From positions 128,001 to 192,000 of IMG/VR virus record IMGVR_UViG_3300031993_000006: a DNA stretch of 64,000 nucleotides; one strand, given 5' to 3'. Shown here one piece after another: positions 28,601 through 37,778 of the stretch. How positions within the stretch are numbered: the first letter of the stretch is position 1; every line of letters begins with the position of its first letter. A program made the translations under genes and the position numbers. The notes under the pieces are model-generated. The model worked only from the letters and a program-made list of their open reading frames with translations. It was not told the origin of the DNA and ran no database searches. Source of the DNA: a virus (taxonomy: Duplodnaviria > Caudoviricetes).

Positions 28601-30756
28601 CATCGGTATATCAGGTAGCTGCTGCTAATCCGCTTGTTGGAATCACCGAAGGCGATGTTCTTACACTGGTTGACATTGATGCCGATACCGGAAAGAGCAA
28701 CGCTCCGGCCAAGGTAGAAGTTACTGTACTATCTGATAGTGTTCCGGGCGATGGGGTTATTCGATTTACTTGCGGTGCGGATATTTCTGCTTATCTTTCG
28801 GATTCGTTCCAGTTGAGACGGGCTGCCGAGGAAGGCGACTATGTGATGGTCGACGATTTGGTGTATCTTGTTGGCAATGGCTTGTGGGGATTGCGTGATG
28901 AGCACGACTTGGCGATTCCGTCGGTTCTTGTGTCCAAGCAGAACTTGATGGATGTAAGCAATACTAATCCGGAACTTGCGCTTGGCGAAGATATCGTAGT
29001 CGAGCGAATCATTCCGGAAAGCGCTGATGTCGCGATTGTCCGTATCAAACAGCCATTGCTTCACTTTACCGCGGAGAATCGTTCGATAATCGCCGGAAGG
29101 ACGATGGTCAAGATAACCAATGCTTCCCCGAGCCAGTACAACGGGTGGCATACTGTTACCGATGTTGTTGGTCCAAAGGCGTTCAGGATATCGGTTCGGC
29201 TTCCAGAAGATGATGTCATCGAGGCACAGGGTCTCAACGGGATGCCGATTCGGTTGAACGAGGGTAGATGGTATGCGTTTGCCTTGAATGGTATCGATTG
29301 GGAAAAGGTGAGCAATCGCGTGACCTATTCGCTCGACAACAAGATAACCTCGGTCAGCGACGGGCTGGTGATTACTGACCGCGACCACGGCTTTGCCGAG
29401 GGCGACTATGTGGTTGTAGGCAGTCTTTCCGATATCGTGTCGGTCGATGCATATAACAAGGATGAATTGACCGGGATATCGTGTTACCGGGTGGCCAAGC
29501 TCAATGGTACCCGTGGGGCTACTTTGGTTAATATAGATGGTACGCCGGCTACTGCCGTCGCTGAAGGCGCTGCAATCGCTCGGGGCGTCCTGCTGACTGC
29601 CCGTAGGGACGATATCGGTTCCCTCACTGGGGAATACAGCCGCAAGCTTGAATCCCTTGGAGGTAAACGCTATCGGTTCACGGTGGGGGATATCGTGATT
29701 GCGCTTGCTCAGCAGAATCCATCCGAAATTAAGTCTTGGCGCGTCAATAAGGATGGTGATTGGCTACCTGTTAGGGCCAAGCGAAGCTTGAAGGTTTCCG
29801 CATTGGGAGTCTACAGCTACGATAATGCCGCGTTTGACGGTACTGATGTCGATTCCGGTGAGGCCGCCGAGAAGTACGAGACATATAGCGATGTGGATGT
29901 GGAATCGTTTGATGCCGATGTTTATGTAGCTGGCTACCGCTGTGTTTCCCGTCCGAACTTCGCGGCTCCTGCATTGGAAGATATGGATACGACACGGACG
30001 GCTTCGCTTGAATATTCTTCTGCTGAGGACTTTTCTACGGTTTCTCCGAGGACCAATATGAAGCCCGGCTTCAAGGGCATTCCTTCGATGAAGTACCCGC
30101 TTGTCGAGAAGATTGAGCGTCTTTGCTACCTCAGGGATGCACATGTCATCGATTTCGAGCTAATCGAGTACCTCGCCCGGTTCCTCGGGTATGATATTAC
30201 GGCTCTTGGGCAGGATATCGGCGAAAGCAGTATGTACAGCACCAAGGCCGAGAGGGAACTTGCGGTTAGGGAAACCATTGCTAATCTCCCGCAGTACTAT
30301 TCATTGGGCGGTACCAAGCCGGGTATCCGTATGTTGCTTGCAACATTCGGGGTGATTGCCGATGTACTGACCCTTTGGACTGATGCGAATCGTCCGTATT
30401 CCGATATGATTCACCGCGATGAGGTTATCGAGAAGGTCGAATCCGGCAAGGGTGGTAAGTGGGTTCCGACGCCGTACATCGATGTGGTAGTCACTAACGA
30501 TAGTCGGTTGCCTCAGTTTACCGCTCGTCAGGGCGATATCGAGCGCATCAAGGAGCAGATTCGGGTATTCAAGCCGATAAATGTGGTGTTCAGGGATTTC
30601 ATCATCAAGATGGTCGATACATTGAAGCTGGACCCCATGATTTACCTGTGTGGCTCCGAGGTGAAGACTACTGCCGGAGTGGTCGTCGCCACTAATGATG
30701 ATACCCCGATAACGGTCGACTATAGCGACGATGAACTGAATAATTGTGCTTTCTAG
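25681..30756 (+). CDS. large baseplate wedge protein (T4 gp7 / P2 gpI-like) with a long insertion
   Basis: N-terminal YLPEFLRE and C-terminal IEYLARFLGY...YYSLGGTKPGIRMLL...IRVFKPIN; follows gp6. Confidence 0.7.
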   Translation: MNPIPLNDRGQFRYLDFVAYLPEFLREEPDVVELVQVMSDYINDGYRNIEDVEEFEFKLCVAEPKVERAKEALAKLRSMFDLASGRSDRVYYLSVPRANVKSNEVFGKKTGYTPYYVDVPLREVVDEITGIQTIDSKLVDMEDGDVVFVRYTAVEPPVTKAYYLSKDTNTHTNTLLADPEGTSQDPFTDTNNTGSRMISFNVSDISSIGTRYGGLRNGNTYFEVFFNARVSDVKSEPARMQVSFDADRIDESKDDIVVDYYGMSYVGNDKYYTTFTFHDTNGWAWKSGIPAGMFYLKDSSGAKLSAVGEALKTNEEMAEDPSLSYSSERYALSKDATYDIYGGTWTFVTETAIPQVDDGRFYAVNTRTGKCVGEFICSSSKSADGEFATSMNAVWVDGYTSTIPKDEVILIQFPLFYSKGVPNYRSAVPIANWEVQASIGAVKVDSAVIYRAKNVGTVPVDYGTFEYDALDVNDPMHSVYIPREVFSKLSADIAIGLPLFCENVLWRGIATVAKWKKDSRGGAVVTMAVTLDTSRVGNTVHLHSGMLGMISVTGETEGTVDNLFTTPDLLNVAIGSGSLSGAKGYVVCLLNGIPHYPRYLIIREVDQTTGKVTFDSPNIEPGYYAFYVMQLDKETGYVKEFGSVNRIGDNKWSGSCKRYRGDVYTGGPAYMYDGQGNCAFIEMGSEENPVSLFTEETWYEKGDIVYNPGDGKLYRCLVKIYADVGDTPDGMHEFRIERLANTHIEYSEVYNKFVPYYGPVKSMEFGGKVDYTGDMDIATLPLYITKVVENRLKYGWEHRDFLNYGTMMNMNGRDRNGSVDIFSSARSTGGREFETAKDAVTATLKSKARWNITYPVVKQGVATDLKVDIDNQVYVTAEYVEGAWVVSVASAAHGLVEGALIRVTGFAETSGLNINGYYPVHVVDGDNISFSITDSRMMSTRRVINFEVSENTSIDYIGEYWADLVTVEKVAGESSVYQVAAANPLVGITEGDVLTLVDIDADTGKSNAPAKVEVTVLSDSVPGDGVIRFTCGADISAYLSDSFQLRRAAEEGDYVMVDDLVYLVGNGLWGLRDEHDLAIPSVLVSKQNLMDVSNTNPELALGEDIVVERIIPESADVAIVRIKQPLLHFTAENRSIIAGRTMVKITNASPSQYNGWHTVTDVVGPKAFRISVRLPEDDVIEAQGLNGMPIRLNEGRWYAFALNGIDWEKVSNRVTYSLDNKITSVSDGLVITDRDHGFAEGDYVVVGSLSDIVSVDAYNKDELTGISCYRVAKLNGTRGATLVNIDGTPATAVAEGAAIARGVLLTARRDDIGSLTGEYSRKLESLGGKRYRFTVGDIVIALAQQNPSEIKSWRVNKDGDWLPVRAKRSLKVSALGVYSYDNAAFDGTDVDSGEAAEKYETYSDVDVESFDADVYVAGYRCVSRPNFAAPALEDMDTTRTASLEYSSAEDFSTVSPRTNMKPGFKGIPSMKYPLVEKIERLCYLRDAHVIDFELIEYLARFLGYDITALGQDIGESSMYSTKAERELAVRETIANLPQYYSLGGTKPGIRMLLATFGVIADVLTLWTDANRPYSDMIHRDEVIEKVESGKGGKWVPTPYIDVVVTNDSRLPQFTARQGDIERIKEQIRVFKPINVVFRDFIIKMVDTLKLDPMIYLCGSEVKTTAGVVVATNDDTPITVDYSDDELNNCAF

Positions 30757-30780
30757 CCGGTATTAGGAGGATAAAATACG

Positions 30781-30808
30781 GGCTACCGGGGTTACCCGGT
30801 AGCTTTTT
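30781..30808 (+). terminator. intrinsic terminator
   Basis: GCTACCGGG-GTTA-CCCGGTAGC followed by TTTTT. Confidence 0.85.
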
Positions 30809-30853
30809 GCGGATATAAACTAGATTCTTGATAGAATTATCCAGGATGACCCA

Positions 30854-33800
30854 ATGAATGATATTAAATTGACCGAACAAGGCAGGGCCCTTTTGCTTCA
30901 GGCTAATACTAATGCCGGGGGCGTAACATATTGGATTGGGTATTTTGGTTTGGCTTATGTGCCTGACCAGAGTAATTTTAACCCTAATGGTTCAACGCTT
31001 ATTGGGGCCAACGAAAAAGGCGACTACATCTACAATATTTGGCAGGGCGATTTATTTTCCGAAGGCCATATGATTGACAGTGGTAGGGCGATTACACTCT
31101 ATGACCGCAATATATCATCTAACTTCAAGTATGTCTACAACAGGGAAAAGGGTTGCAATCAGCTGGTTACCTGGACTTGCGACGGGAATGCTGATGGGTC
31201 TAATGGTGAAGAGACACCGACATATATCAGGACTGGGTTTAAGGTATATGAAGGTGTCAAGTCGGGTGATGGGAATAATGTCGGCGATGTAACTGACAGT
31301 GAGATTCCGTGCCCGGCCCCGTTGGTTTATCTTGGGAAGAATAAGAGTTATACCGATGCAGGTGAAATTAGTACTTGGGATATATTGATGAATAATATCA
31401 TCGGATATGACTGGCCGCTCAGTGGTACAGTGGGTGGTACAGGCCGACATCCGATGGTCACCCCGGATATGCGTTTTTATGACGGCAATGTGGAACTTGT
31501 AAACGATACCGAGTTTGATGCGCAGCCGGATGGCACGGTTGACCCGTTCGGTGTTATTGCTTCTCCGAATACGAGAAGTGAATACACTCTTAATCAGTTT
31601 GGTGAATTTGTAAGTGTGTCTAATTTCAACAAGGGACATGGCCATGTGTCATCCGAGGGTTACGAGATGTACACTCAGGATTCCTGCCACAATATGTCCC
31701 AGGTTACTCGGTTGTTCCCTATTGCGAAGTACGAAATCGAATCGACTCAGCCATCTACTGATGATTCTAACACTAAGACTGATGAAGCGACGACACTTAA
31801 GTACCATATTGAATTGAACCTGAATGCCGCTTATGCCGCTGAACAGGAGTACGAAAAATCTCTGCAGTATCAGGCGCCGCAGAGTTCAGATACAGTTTCT
31901 GAGGAGGAGCAGGCTGACGAGGAAATCTTTGTCGGACATCATCCTAATTCATTCAAGTTTAACCGTATTGGTATTTATGCCGTGCAGGCTACTTTGCGCC
32001 ACTTCATTCGCGAAAGCGATAGTGGTAATGATTGCAGCCAGTCGCTCTATCAGGTCGAAATATCGCCGGATAGTCCCCCGGTTCTTTTTGCGGTCATCAA
32101 TGTTGATGAACAGTATATCTCTGAGGATACTACTAAATCATACTCTACCGATTTTGCGCTTAAGCTTCTCGATGGGCAAGGTGACCGTATCTGCAAGAAT
32201 CCGGAAGTCTACTACAACTTGGCTGAAAACGAGGCTCTTACTTGGTACCAGAACCAGTTGCTTGCTACGGCTGGCCTTTCGGAAGCTATCGTTGGCCTCG
32301 GCGTCAATGTAGCGAACCTGATGAATAGGGAAGGCGGCAACAATAGTCAGTGTCCGTCCGGTAGCTCTTCTCTTGACGGGACTGAGTATGCGTCGAAGAG
32401 TCACACGCACGACTATATGCGCAACCTTGTCGATGGTAAGGTGAACTCCGGGGCTGTCCGGGGTATCGATACCTTGCCGGAAGGCGATGGTATGACGGTC
32501 GGCGAAGATTCCCTGATATTGGGTAAGAATACGGCCGGTGCTGGAAAGCTTTTGCTTATTCAGGGTGAAGATACTATATTGGATTATTCCTGTGCCGATA
32601 GTGCTGCTATTGGGAATACCCGTCTCAGCGGGTCAAATGTTCACCGTTCATTGCTATTGGGTATGAAACCGGCGTCCCGTCAGGATGGTTCCGATGAAAC
32701 AATGACGATTGAATGCGAAAATGTTATCGGGAGTACGGTAAGTGGCAATTTCGATGCGGTTAAGAATATAAAGAATTCTCTTGTATACGGTTATGGGATT
32801 TCAGAGGTATCGGTTGGCTCCGCTAACGATATCGATGCAAATGATATTATCGCTACCGATACGGCTGAAACACTCGATACGATTGCTATGCTTGACGGTT
32901 CCGAAACAGCCCCGGGTACAATGAAGTCGTTGCTTATCGGGGATAATGTCAGGTTTCCGTTTGCTACGAATGGTAGCTTGATAGTTTCTACAGATTCTAA
33001 CTTTGCCAACTTTGACACCTTGATGGATGCTGATGAGTTTAACGACAAGGTTGTTGACGGAACTATATTTGCAAATGGAAGCGGTTGGTATGTTCTTCGT
33101 ACGGTCGATGGTGGCACGAATACCGTAAAGGTATACGACGAGACGGCTCAGGCTTTCATCGATGTTCCTCTGGAAGAGGCCTCTGGACCCGATTGCACTC
33201 ATTACAATGCCGGAGTGTATGTTGATGCTGATACACTCAAGGTTAGCTATACCCCTTATTTTGTTAGAAATGCCGTGATACCTGGCATGTCAATCTATCG
33301 TACATTGACCCAAGGTAAGATGTCGCAGTATAGGGCTAATCCTGGACAGATGGAGCAATCCGTACTGATAGGGGATGATAATCATTTTGCATCTAATATG
33401 TTCCGAAGCATATTGATTGGTAATGAAAATGATTTCTCTCATTTTGATGTGACCGATTGTGTATTCATGGGTGATAGGTTGATTCACCACGAATACGAAA
33501 ACCAGGTTAACACTCTTGGAGTTAACTGGGATAATGCAAATCTTAGCTATGCAAATCATCGGCTTAATAATGTTAAGGTGTGGTCTAAATTGGGAAGTAA
33601 GGTACTTACGGCACTTTCTAAGGTGGATGATGAATTTGGGACTTCTCATTATAGCGATGCCTTTATATTCTTGGATGACGGATATAATACTCCGGAAACT
33701 ATTGGTATTTTCCCGGAGCCGACAAAGTTCAGGTCTTATGTGCCAAATACGGGTAATCCGAATGCTTCGCTTGCTGTGGTTGTTAATAGGTTAGAGAGTT

Positions 33801-34609
33801 TCTTCTACATCGACCCGACTCGATTTAATAGTGGCAATGACTCACGATATGAAGCGGTTCTAGGAACACACGATACTACTTCGGGTGATTATAATTCATA
33901 CGACAACAATAAAATCTTTGATTATTGTACGAAGGAACAAGTCGCTGCAATGATAAATAAGCCGGCCGCCCCGATGATTTATACTGGCGGTATATGCTTA
34001 GCCGGTAAACCGAATGGGGATAGGAGTAATTGGGGAACATCGGCGAGCGAAGACAATTCTGGTTTTATTAAGTTGGGTTCTGGCGTAGTCCCTTGTGCAT
34101 ATATTGATGCCCATCCTGTTTCAGACTGGAATGGCACGTCTTCGGATAGCTTTATTCCAATATCGGTTTCCGGCACGACCGTTAGTCCATATGCTGGAAT
34201 GGCTTTATGCATTGGTAATAAGCAAGAACCTGATGGAACCTTGCATCTTTCGTTATATCGCCGGCTTGGTCAGGCGCCGAATGTGTTTTCTACTTATTAT
34301 CAGGCTGATTTGCCTACCCCGTCATTTGGAACTATTTCGAAACCGTCGTATAATAGTCTGTCAATGGTTGATATGATAGATAAAGCGAATATGAGTCCGA
34401 TTTTGAGTTTTAATGTTCGCCCAACTAGTAATGATAAAGAACATTTTGCTCATCTAGTATTGGATAGTACGAGTGGGTCGGTGCGAATATTGTCATTTAA
34501 GGTGGAGCTGACTTCGGAAGACACCGAGGTTCCGTCAAATCGTATTGATGTCACAATAGATGGTTCTTCAATGAGTGCTGCGTTCAATACGTCGAACCAA
34601 TTTAAGTGA
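30854..34609 (+). CDS. tail fibre/baseplate-attached protein
   Basis: Tail-collar-fibre-like N-terminus (LTEQGRALL...FNRIGIYA...VLFAV), HTH metal motif and beta-helix-like repeats; late promoter at 30814-30821. Confidence 0.65.
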   Translation: MNDIKLTEQGRALLLQANTNAGGVTYWIGYFGLAYVPDQSNFNPNGSTLIGANEKGDYIYNIWQGDLFSEGHMIDSGRAITLYDRNISSNFKYVYNREKGCNQLVTWTCDGNADGSNGEETPTYIRTGFKVYEGVKSGDGNNVGDVTDSEIPCPAPLVYLGKNKSYTDAGEISTWDILMNNIIGYDWPLSGTVGGTGRHPMVTPDMRFYDGNVELVNDTEFDAQPDGTVDPFGVIASPNTRSEYTLNQFGEFVSVSNFNKGHGHVSSEGYEMYTQDSCHNMSQVTRLFPIAKYEIESTQPSTDDSNTKTDEATTLKYHIELNLNAAYAAEQEYEKSLQYQAPQSSDTVSEEEQADEEIFVGHHPNSFKFNRIGIYAVQATLRHFIRESDSGNDCSQSLYQVEISPDSPPVLFAVINVDEQYISEDTTKSYSTDFALKLLDGQGDRICKNPEVYYNLAENEALTWYQNQLLATAGLSEAIVGLGVNVANLMNREGGNNSQCPSGSSSLDGTEYASKSHTHDYMRNLVDGKVNSGAVRGIDTLPEGDGMTVGEDSLILGKNTAGAGKLLLIQGEDTILDYSCADSAAIGNTRLSGSNVHRSLLLGMKPASRQDGSDETMTIECENVIGSTVSGNFDAVKNIKNSLVYGYGISEVSVGSANDIDANDIIATDTAETLDTIAMLDGSETAPGTMKSLLIGDNVRFPFATNGSLIVSTDSNFANFDTLMDADEFNDKVVDGTIFANGSGWYVLRTVDGGTNTVKVYDETAQAFIDVPLEEASGPDCTHYNAGVYVDADTLKVSYTPYFVRNAVIPGMSIYRTLTQGKMSQYRANPGQMEQSVLIGDDNHFASNMFRSILIGNENDFSHFDVTDCVFMGDRLIHHEYENQVNTLGVNWDNANLSYANHRLNNVKVWSKLGSKVLTALSKVDDEFGTSHYSDAFIFLDDGYNTPETIGIFPEPTKFRSYVPNTGNPNASLAVVVNRLESFFYIDPTRFNSGNDSRYEAVLGTHDTTSGDYNSYDNNKIFDYCTKEQVAAMINKPAAPMIYTGGICLAGKPNGDRSNWGTSASEDNSGFIKLGSGVVPCAYIDAHPVSDWNGTSSDSFIPISVSGTTVSPYAGMALCIGNKQEPDGTLHLSLYRRLGQAPNVFSTYYQADLPTPSFGTISKPSYNSLSMVDMIDKANMSPILSFNVRPTSNDKEHFAHLVLDSTSGSVRILSFKVELTSEDTEVPSNRIDVTIDGSSMSAAFNTSNQFK

Positions 34610-35880
34610 ACTACGCACAGCCTAAAGGCTGCGCGCTTCGCGTTAGCCCCGTAGGGGCGCCCGCGCCTTGGACCGCCGTTCCGGCGGCGAGAATTCTTTT
34701 ACCTTCGGCAAGGATGTTGATAGCGGCGTTGAAGTCCCTATTGTGGGAAGTGCCGCATTGCGGGCACTTCCACTCCCGAACATTCAAATCTTTAACAACT
34801 TCGTTCCTGAAGCCGCAGCAGTGGCAGATTTGCGAGGAAGGGAACCATCGTCCGACACGGACGATGGTCCTCCCATACCATTCAGCCTTGTACTTCAGCA
34901 TATTCAGGAACATTCCCCAACCAGTGTCGTGCTCTGACTTGGCAAGGTCGCCTTCGGCGACCTGCCTTACATCCAGGTCCTCGACTGCAATCGTTTGATT
35001 CTCGCGAATGAGTCGAAATGATAGCTTGTGGAGAAAATCCTTGCGTTGGCTAGCAATGTGCTCGTGGAGGCAGGCGATGCGCTTGCGCAGCGCCTCTCGA
35101 CGAGCAGACTTGCTCTTTTTCTTTGAAAAAAGCTTTCTGGAGGACCGCTAGGCGGTCCTCGGCAAGTTTCATATAGCGCGGGTTGGCGACGGCTTCGCCG
35201 TCGCTCGTCACGCAGAAGTCCTTTATTCCAATGTCGATGCCTACGGCATAATCGGATTTTGGAAGCGCCTTCGGCGCTTCCTCCTCGACCAATATCGAGG
35301 CATAGTATTTTCCGGCCCGTGACCGTGTAACGGTCACATGCCGGATAACCTTGTTGGTCCAGACAACCTCGGCATAGTTCTTGAACGGGACAAAGCCTAC
35401 CTTCGGTAGGCGGAGTCTCCCGTCAACTATGCGGATGTTATCGTTGACTACATAGCTTGTGTAGGAGTCGCGGTCGCGATGTTTGGCCTTGAACTTCGGA
35501 AAGCCGACTCTATCGGCTTTCCGCTCAAAGAAATTTTTGAACGCTAGGTTCAGGTGCAACTTTTCCGAACAAAGCGCCTGCGCGTCGACTTCCCGCAGGA
35601 ACGGGAAGTCATCATAAAAATCGGTTGGCTTGGACTTACCGGCCTTGCCGGTAAGTTCGTAATACTTCTTGCGGGCCTCAAGCATGCAGTTGTATACCTT
35701 ACGGCAGCAACCGAAAGTCTTGCCGAGCAAGACTTTCTGCTTCTCATTCGGATATAACCTCACATTGTAAGCTCGCTGAAACATATCTTTTGCTATACGT
35801 GTACTATGTCAAATATAGTTTATAATGAGCCGCCTGTCATATTCCACCCTAAAGGGTGGAATGTTTCCCGGCGGTATTTC
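34606..35880 (-). mobile_element. IS200/IS605-family non-autonomous element (IS1341-like); left boundary approximate
   Basis: Minus-strand right end GAAGCGCGCAGCCTTTAGGCTGTGCGTAGTTCAC; left subterminal hairpin ATTCCACCCT-AA-AGGGTGGAAT near 35841-35862. Confidence 0.85.
34611..35784 (-). pseudogene. tnpB: frameshifted tnpB
   Basis: HTH start (RLYPNEKQ...FGCCR), GIDIG, AVEDL, CHCC...CPQC and [10 protein letters not shown]; one extra base in the A6 run at 35126-35131 breaks the frame. Confidence 0.88.
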
Positions 35881-36002
35881 TAAATATGGTAAAAATATGT
35901 GAAAACAACCGTTAAATGGCGGTTGTTTTTCTTTTTGCTCGTATTTTTCTCGCAAATGTCATAGTTTCCTCGTAGTAGAAGTCTACAAAAAGGAAATTTC
36001 AT

Positions 36003-36557
36003 ATGAAAATGACTGTTACTGAAGGCTATTTGGTCACGCTTGCCGCCATCTTGGCTAATCCGCCAGCAATCTTCGATGGTGACTGCAAGGGTTCTGTCGC
36101 AATGAACATCTACCTTGACCGGGAGTTGGCTAATCAGCACCGCGACGCTTTCCGTCAGGCTTACCCGGATGTTCCTGAGTACTATGACTACATCAAGGAA
36201 CGCAACCCCATATATGAGGCCGTCCATGTTGAGACGGTTGACCAGCTCAACAAACTTCCGGAAGAACAGCGCGCTGAAGTTATCAAAAAGGTAGCCGACC
36301 TCGATGCAAAGTACAAGGATGCTATCGAAAAGCAGCAGAAGGTTGAACGCGACCGCCGTGAAGCTCTCGCGGGTGAAGTTACGGTTGAACTCCATCAGGT
36401 TGACGCAACTGACATCAGCATCAAGACCGGCAGTATCAAGATTCCGGGCAGCGCAGCTAACCCGTGGGAAATCTGGCAGATTCTTTATGCCGATGGCAAT
36501 GGTATTATCCGTATGCCGCCTGCTACTACGGGGGCGGAGGAAAAGAAGGAGGGCTAA
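36003..36557 (+). CDS. hypothetical helical protein
   Basis: 184 aa; AGGA RBS. Confidence 0.75.
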   Translation: MKMTVTEGYLVTLAAILANPPAIFDGDCKGSVAMNIYLDRELANQHRDAFRQAYPDVPEYYDYIKERNPIYEAVHVETVDQLNKLPEEQRAEVIKKVADLDAKYKDAIEKQQKVERDRREALAGEVTVELHQVDATDISIKTGSIKIPGSAANPWEIWQILYADGNGIIRMPPATTGAEEKKEG

Positions 36558-36560
36558 TCT

Positions 36561-37703
36561 ATGGCTACTCTGGGCGCATGCCTTGTTGTTAAGAATGGCA
36601 AGAATAGCATACTCCGCTGTCTAGATGCGCTCATCCCTATGGTGGATGAGTATGTCGTTATTGACACGGGGTCGTACGACGGTACGATGGAATTGCTTGC
36701 CGACTGGCAGAAGAAGCATCCCAAGGCCAGGGTTCTTCTTGAAAAGGTCGGAAACCGGTTCCATGATGAGAAGGGCATTTTTGATTTTGGCGCGGCCAAG
36801 GGCTATGCGTTCACCCGGGCGACTACCGAGTATGTCATGTGGGTCGATGTAAACGATATCCTGCTTGACGGGGCTCACGCAAGGAAGCTCTTCGACAGTA
36901 TCGTTTCGAAATACCCGAACGCTGGAATCAGTATGCTTACGAAGGTTACTCCGACGCATACATTCCCTCGCCTAAGGATTCTCCCTAAGGCTAATGCGGC
37001 GTTCAAGGGTATCATCCACGAGATTGCCTACAATACCGACAGTACTGCACCGACTATCCACACTTCGCTTGTGTTCGAGAACTACAAGATGAGCCGTGAT
37101 GTCGTCAGGAATGTCGCCGCCTTGGAAAAGGCGTGGAAGGCCGAGCGTACACAGCGTACGGCGTTCTATATGGGCAATTCCTACTACGATATGAAGGATT
37201 TGCCCCGCGCATACGAATGGTATGTCGTGACGGCCGATACTTTCCCGGGCGAGCATAACGAGGACCGTCTCAAGGCGCTGGAACAGATTTGTGCTATCAT
37301 CGTGGCTACGAAGACTGACCTGGCTGAACTTGGGGAACGCTCCTTGCAGCTTATCGAGGAATTTCCGACCCGCGGCGAAGGGTACTACTATCGTGCCCGG
37401 TTTAACTTCGAGATGGGCGATATGACATATGCTCTCAAGTGTCTTGATAGGCTGATGACATTGCGTCCTCCGAAGCAGCACAACCTGTGGCTGGACCCGA
37501 AGGTCTATGACAAGGAACAGCTCCGGTCGCTAATCTTCTCAATCAAGGAGCAAATGCGGAGGGATATGTCGTCTCATTTGATGACGGCCGACCCTATGCA
37601 GCCCGACAATATCGATGCGGCTTACGGCTACAGCAGGATGGACGGGATGCCTGCAAACCTGAATTTCGGGACTACGGTCACTGGATTCCAGGAATTCATC
37701 TAA
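36561..37703 (+). CDS. GT2-family glycosyltransferase with TPR-like C-terminus
   Basis: ACLVVKNG...CL...DEYVVIDTGSYDGT, YVMWVDVND (DxD region) and TPR-like helices (FYMGNSYYD, EGYYYRAR). Confidence 0.85.
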   Translation: MATLGACLVVKNGKNSILRCLDALIPMVDEYVVIDTGSYDGTMELLADWQKKHPKARVLLEKVGNRFHDEKGIFDFGAAKGYAFTRATTEYVMWVDVNDILLDGAHARKLFDSIVSKYPNAGISMLTKVTPTHTFPRLRILPKANAAFKGIIHEIAYNTDSTAPTIHTSLVFENYKMSRDVVRNVAALEKAWKAERTQRTAFYMGNSYYDMKDLPRAYEWYVVTADTFPGEHNEDRLKALEQICAIIVATKTDLAELGERSLQLIEEFPTRGEGYYYRARFNFEMGDMTYALKCLDRLMTLRPPKQHNLWLDPKVYDKEQLRSLIFSIKEQMRRDMSSHLMTADPMQPDNIDAAYGYSRMDGMPANLNFGTTVTGFQEFI

Positions 37704-37778
37704 CCAAGGCGGCCCCTGGCCGCCTTTCTGTTCACCCATAATAGATAAACTACGGAAAACTGATTAGGATTTTGCCGC

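Noticed and set aside
35120-35135. Programmed -1 frameshift at T TTT TTC
   Set aside because: The downstream TnpB half is in the +1 frame, so a -1 shift would not restore it.
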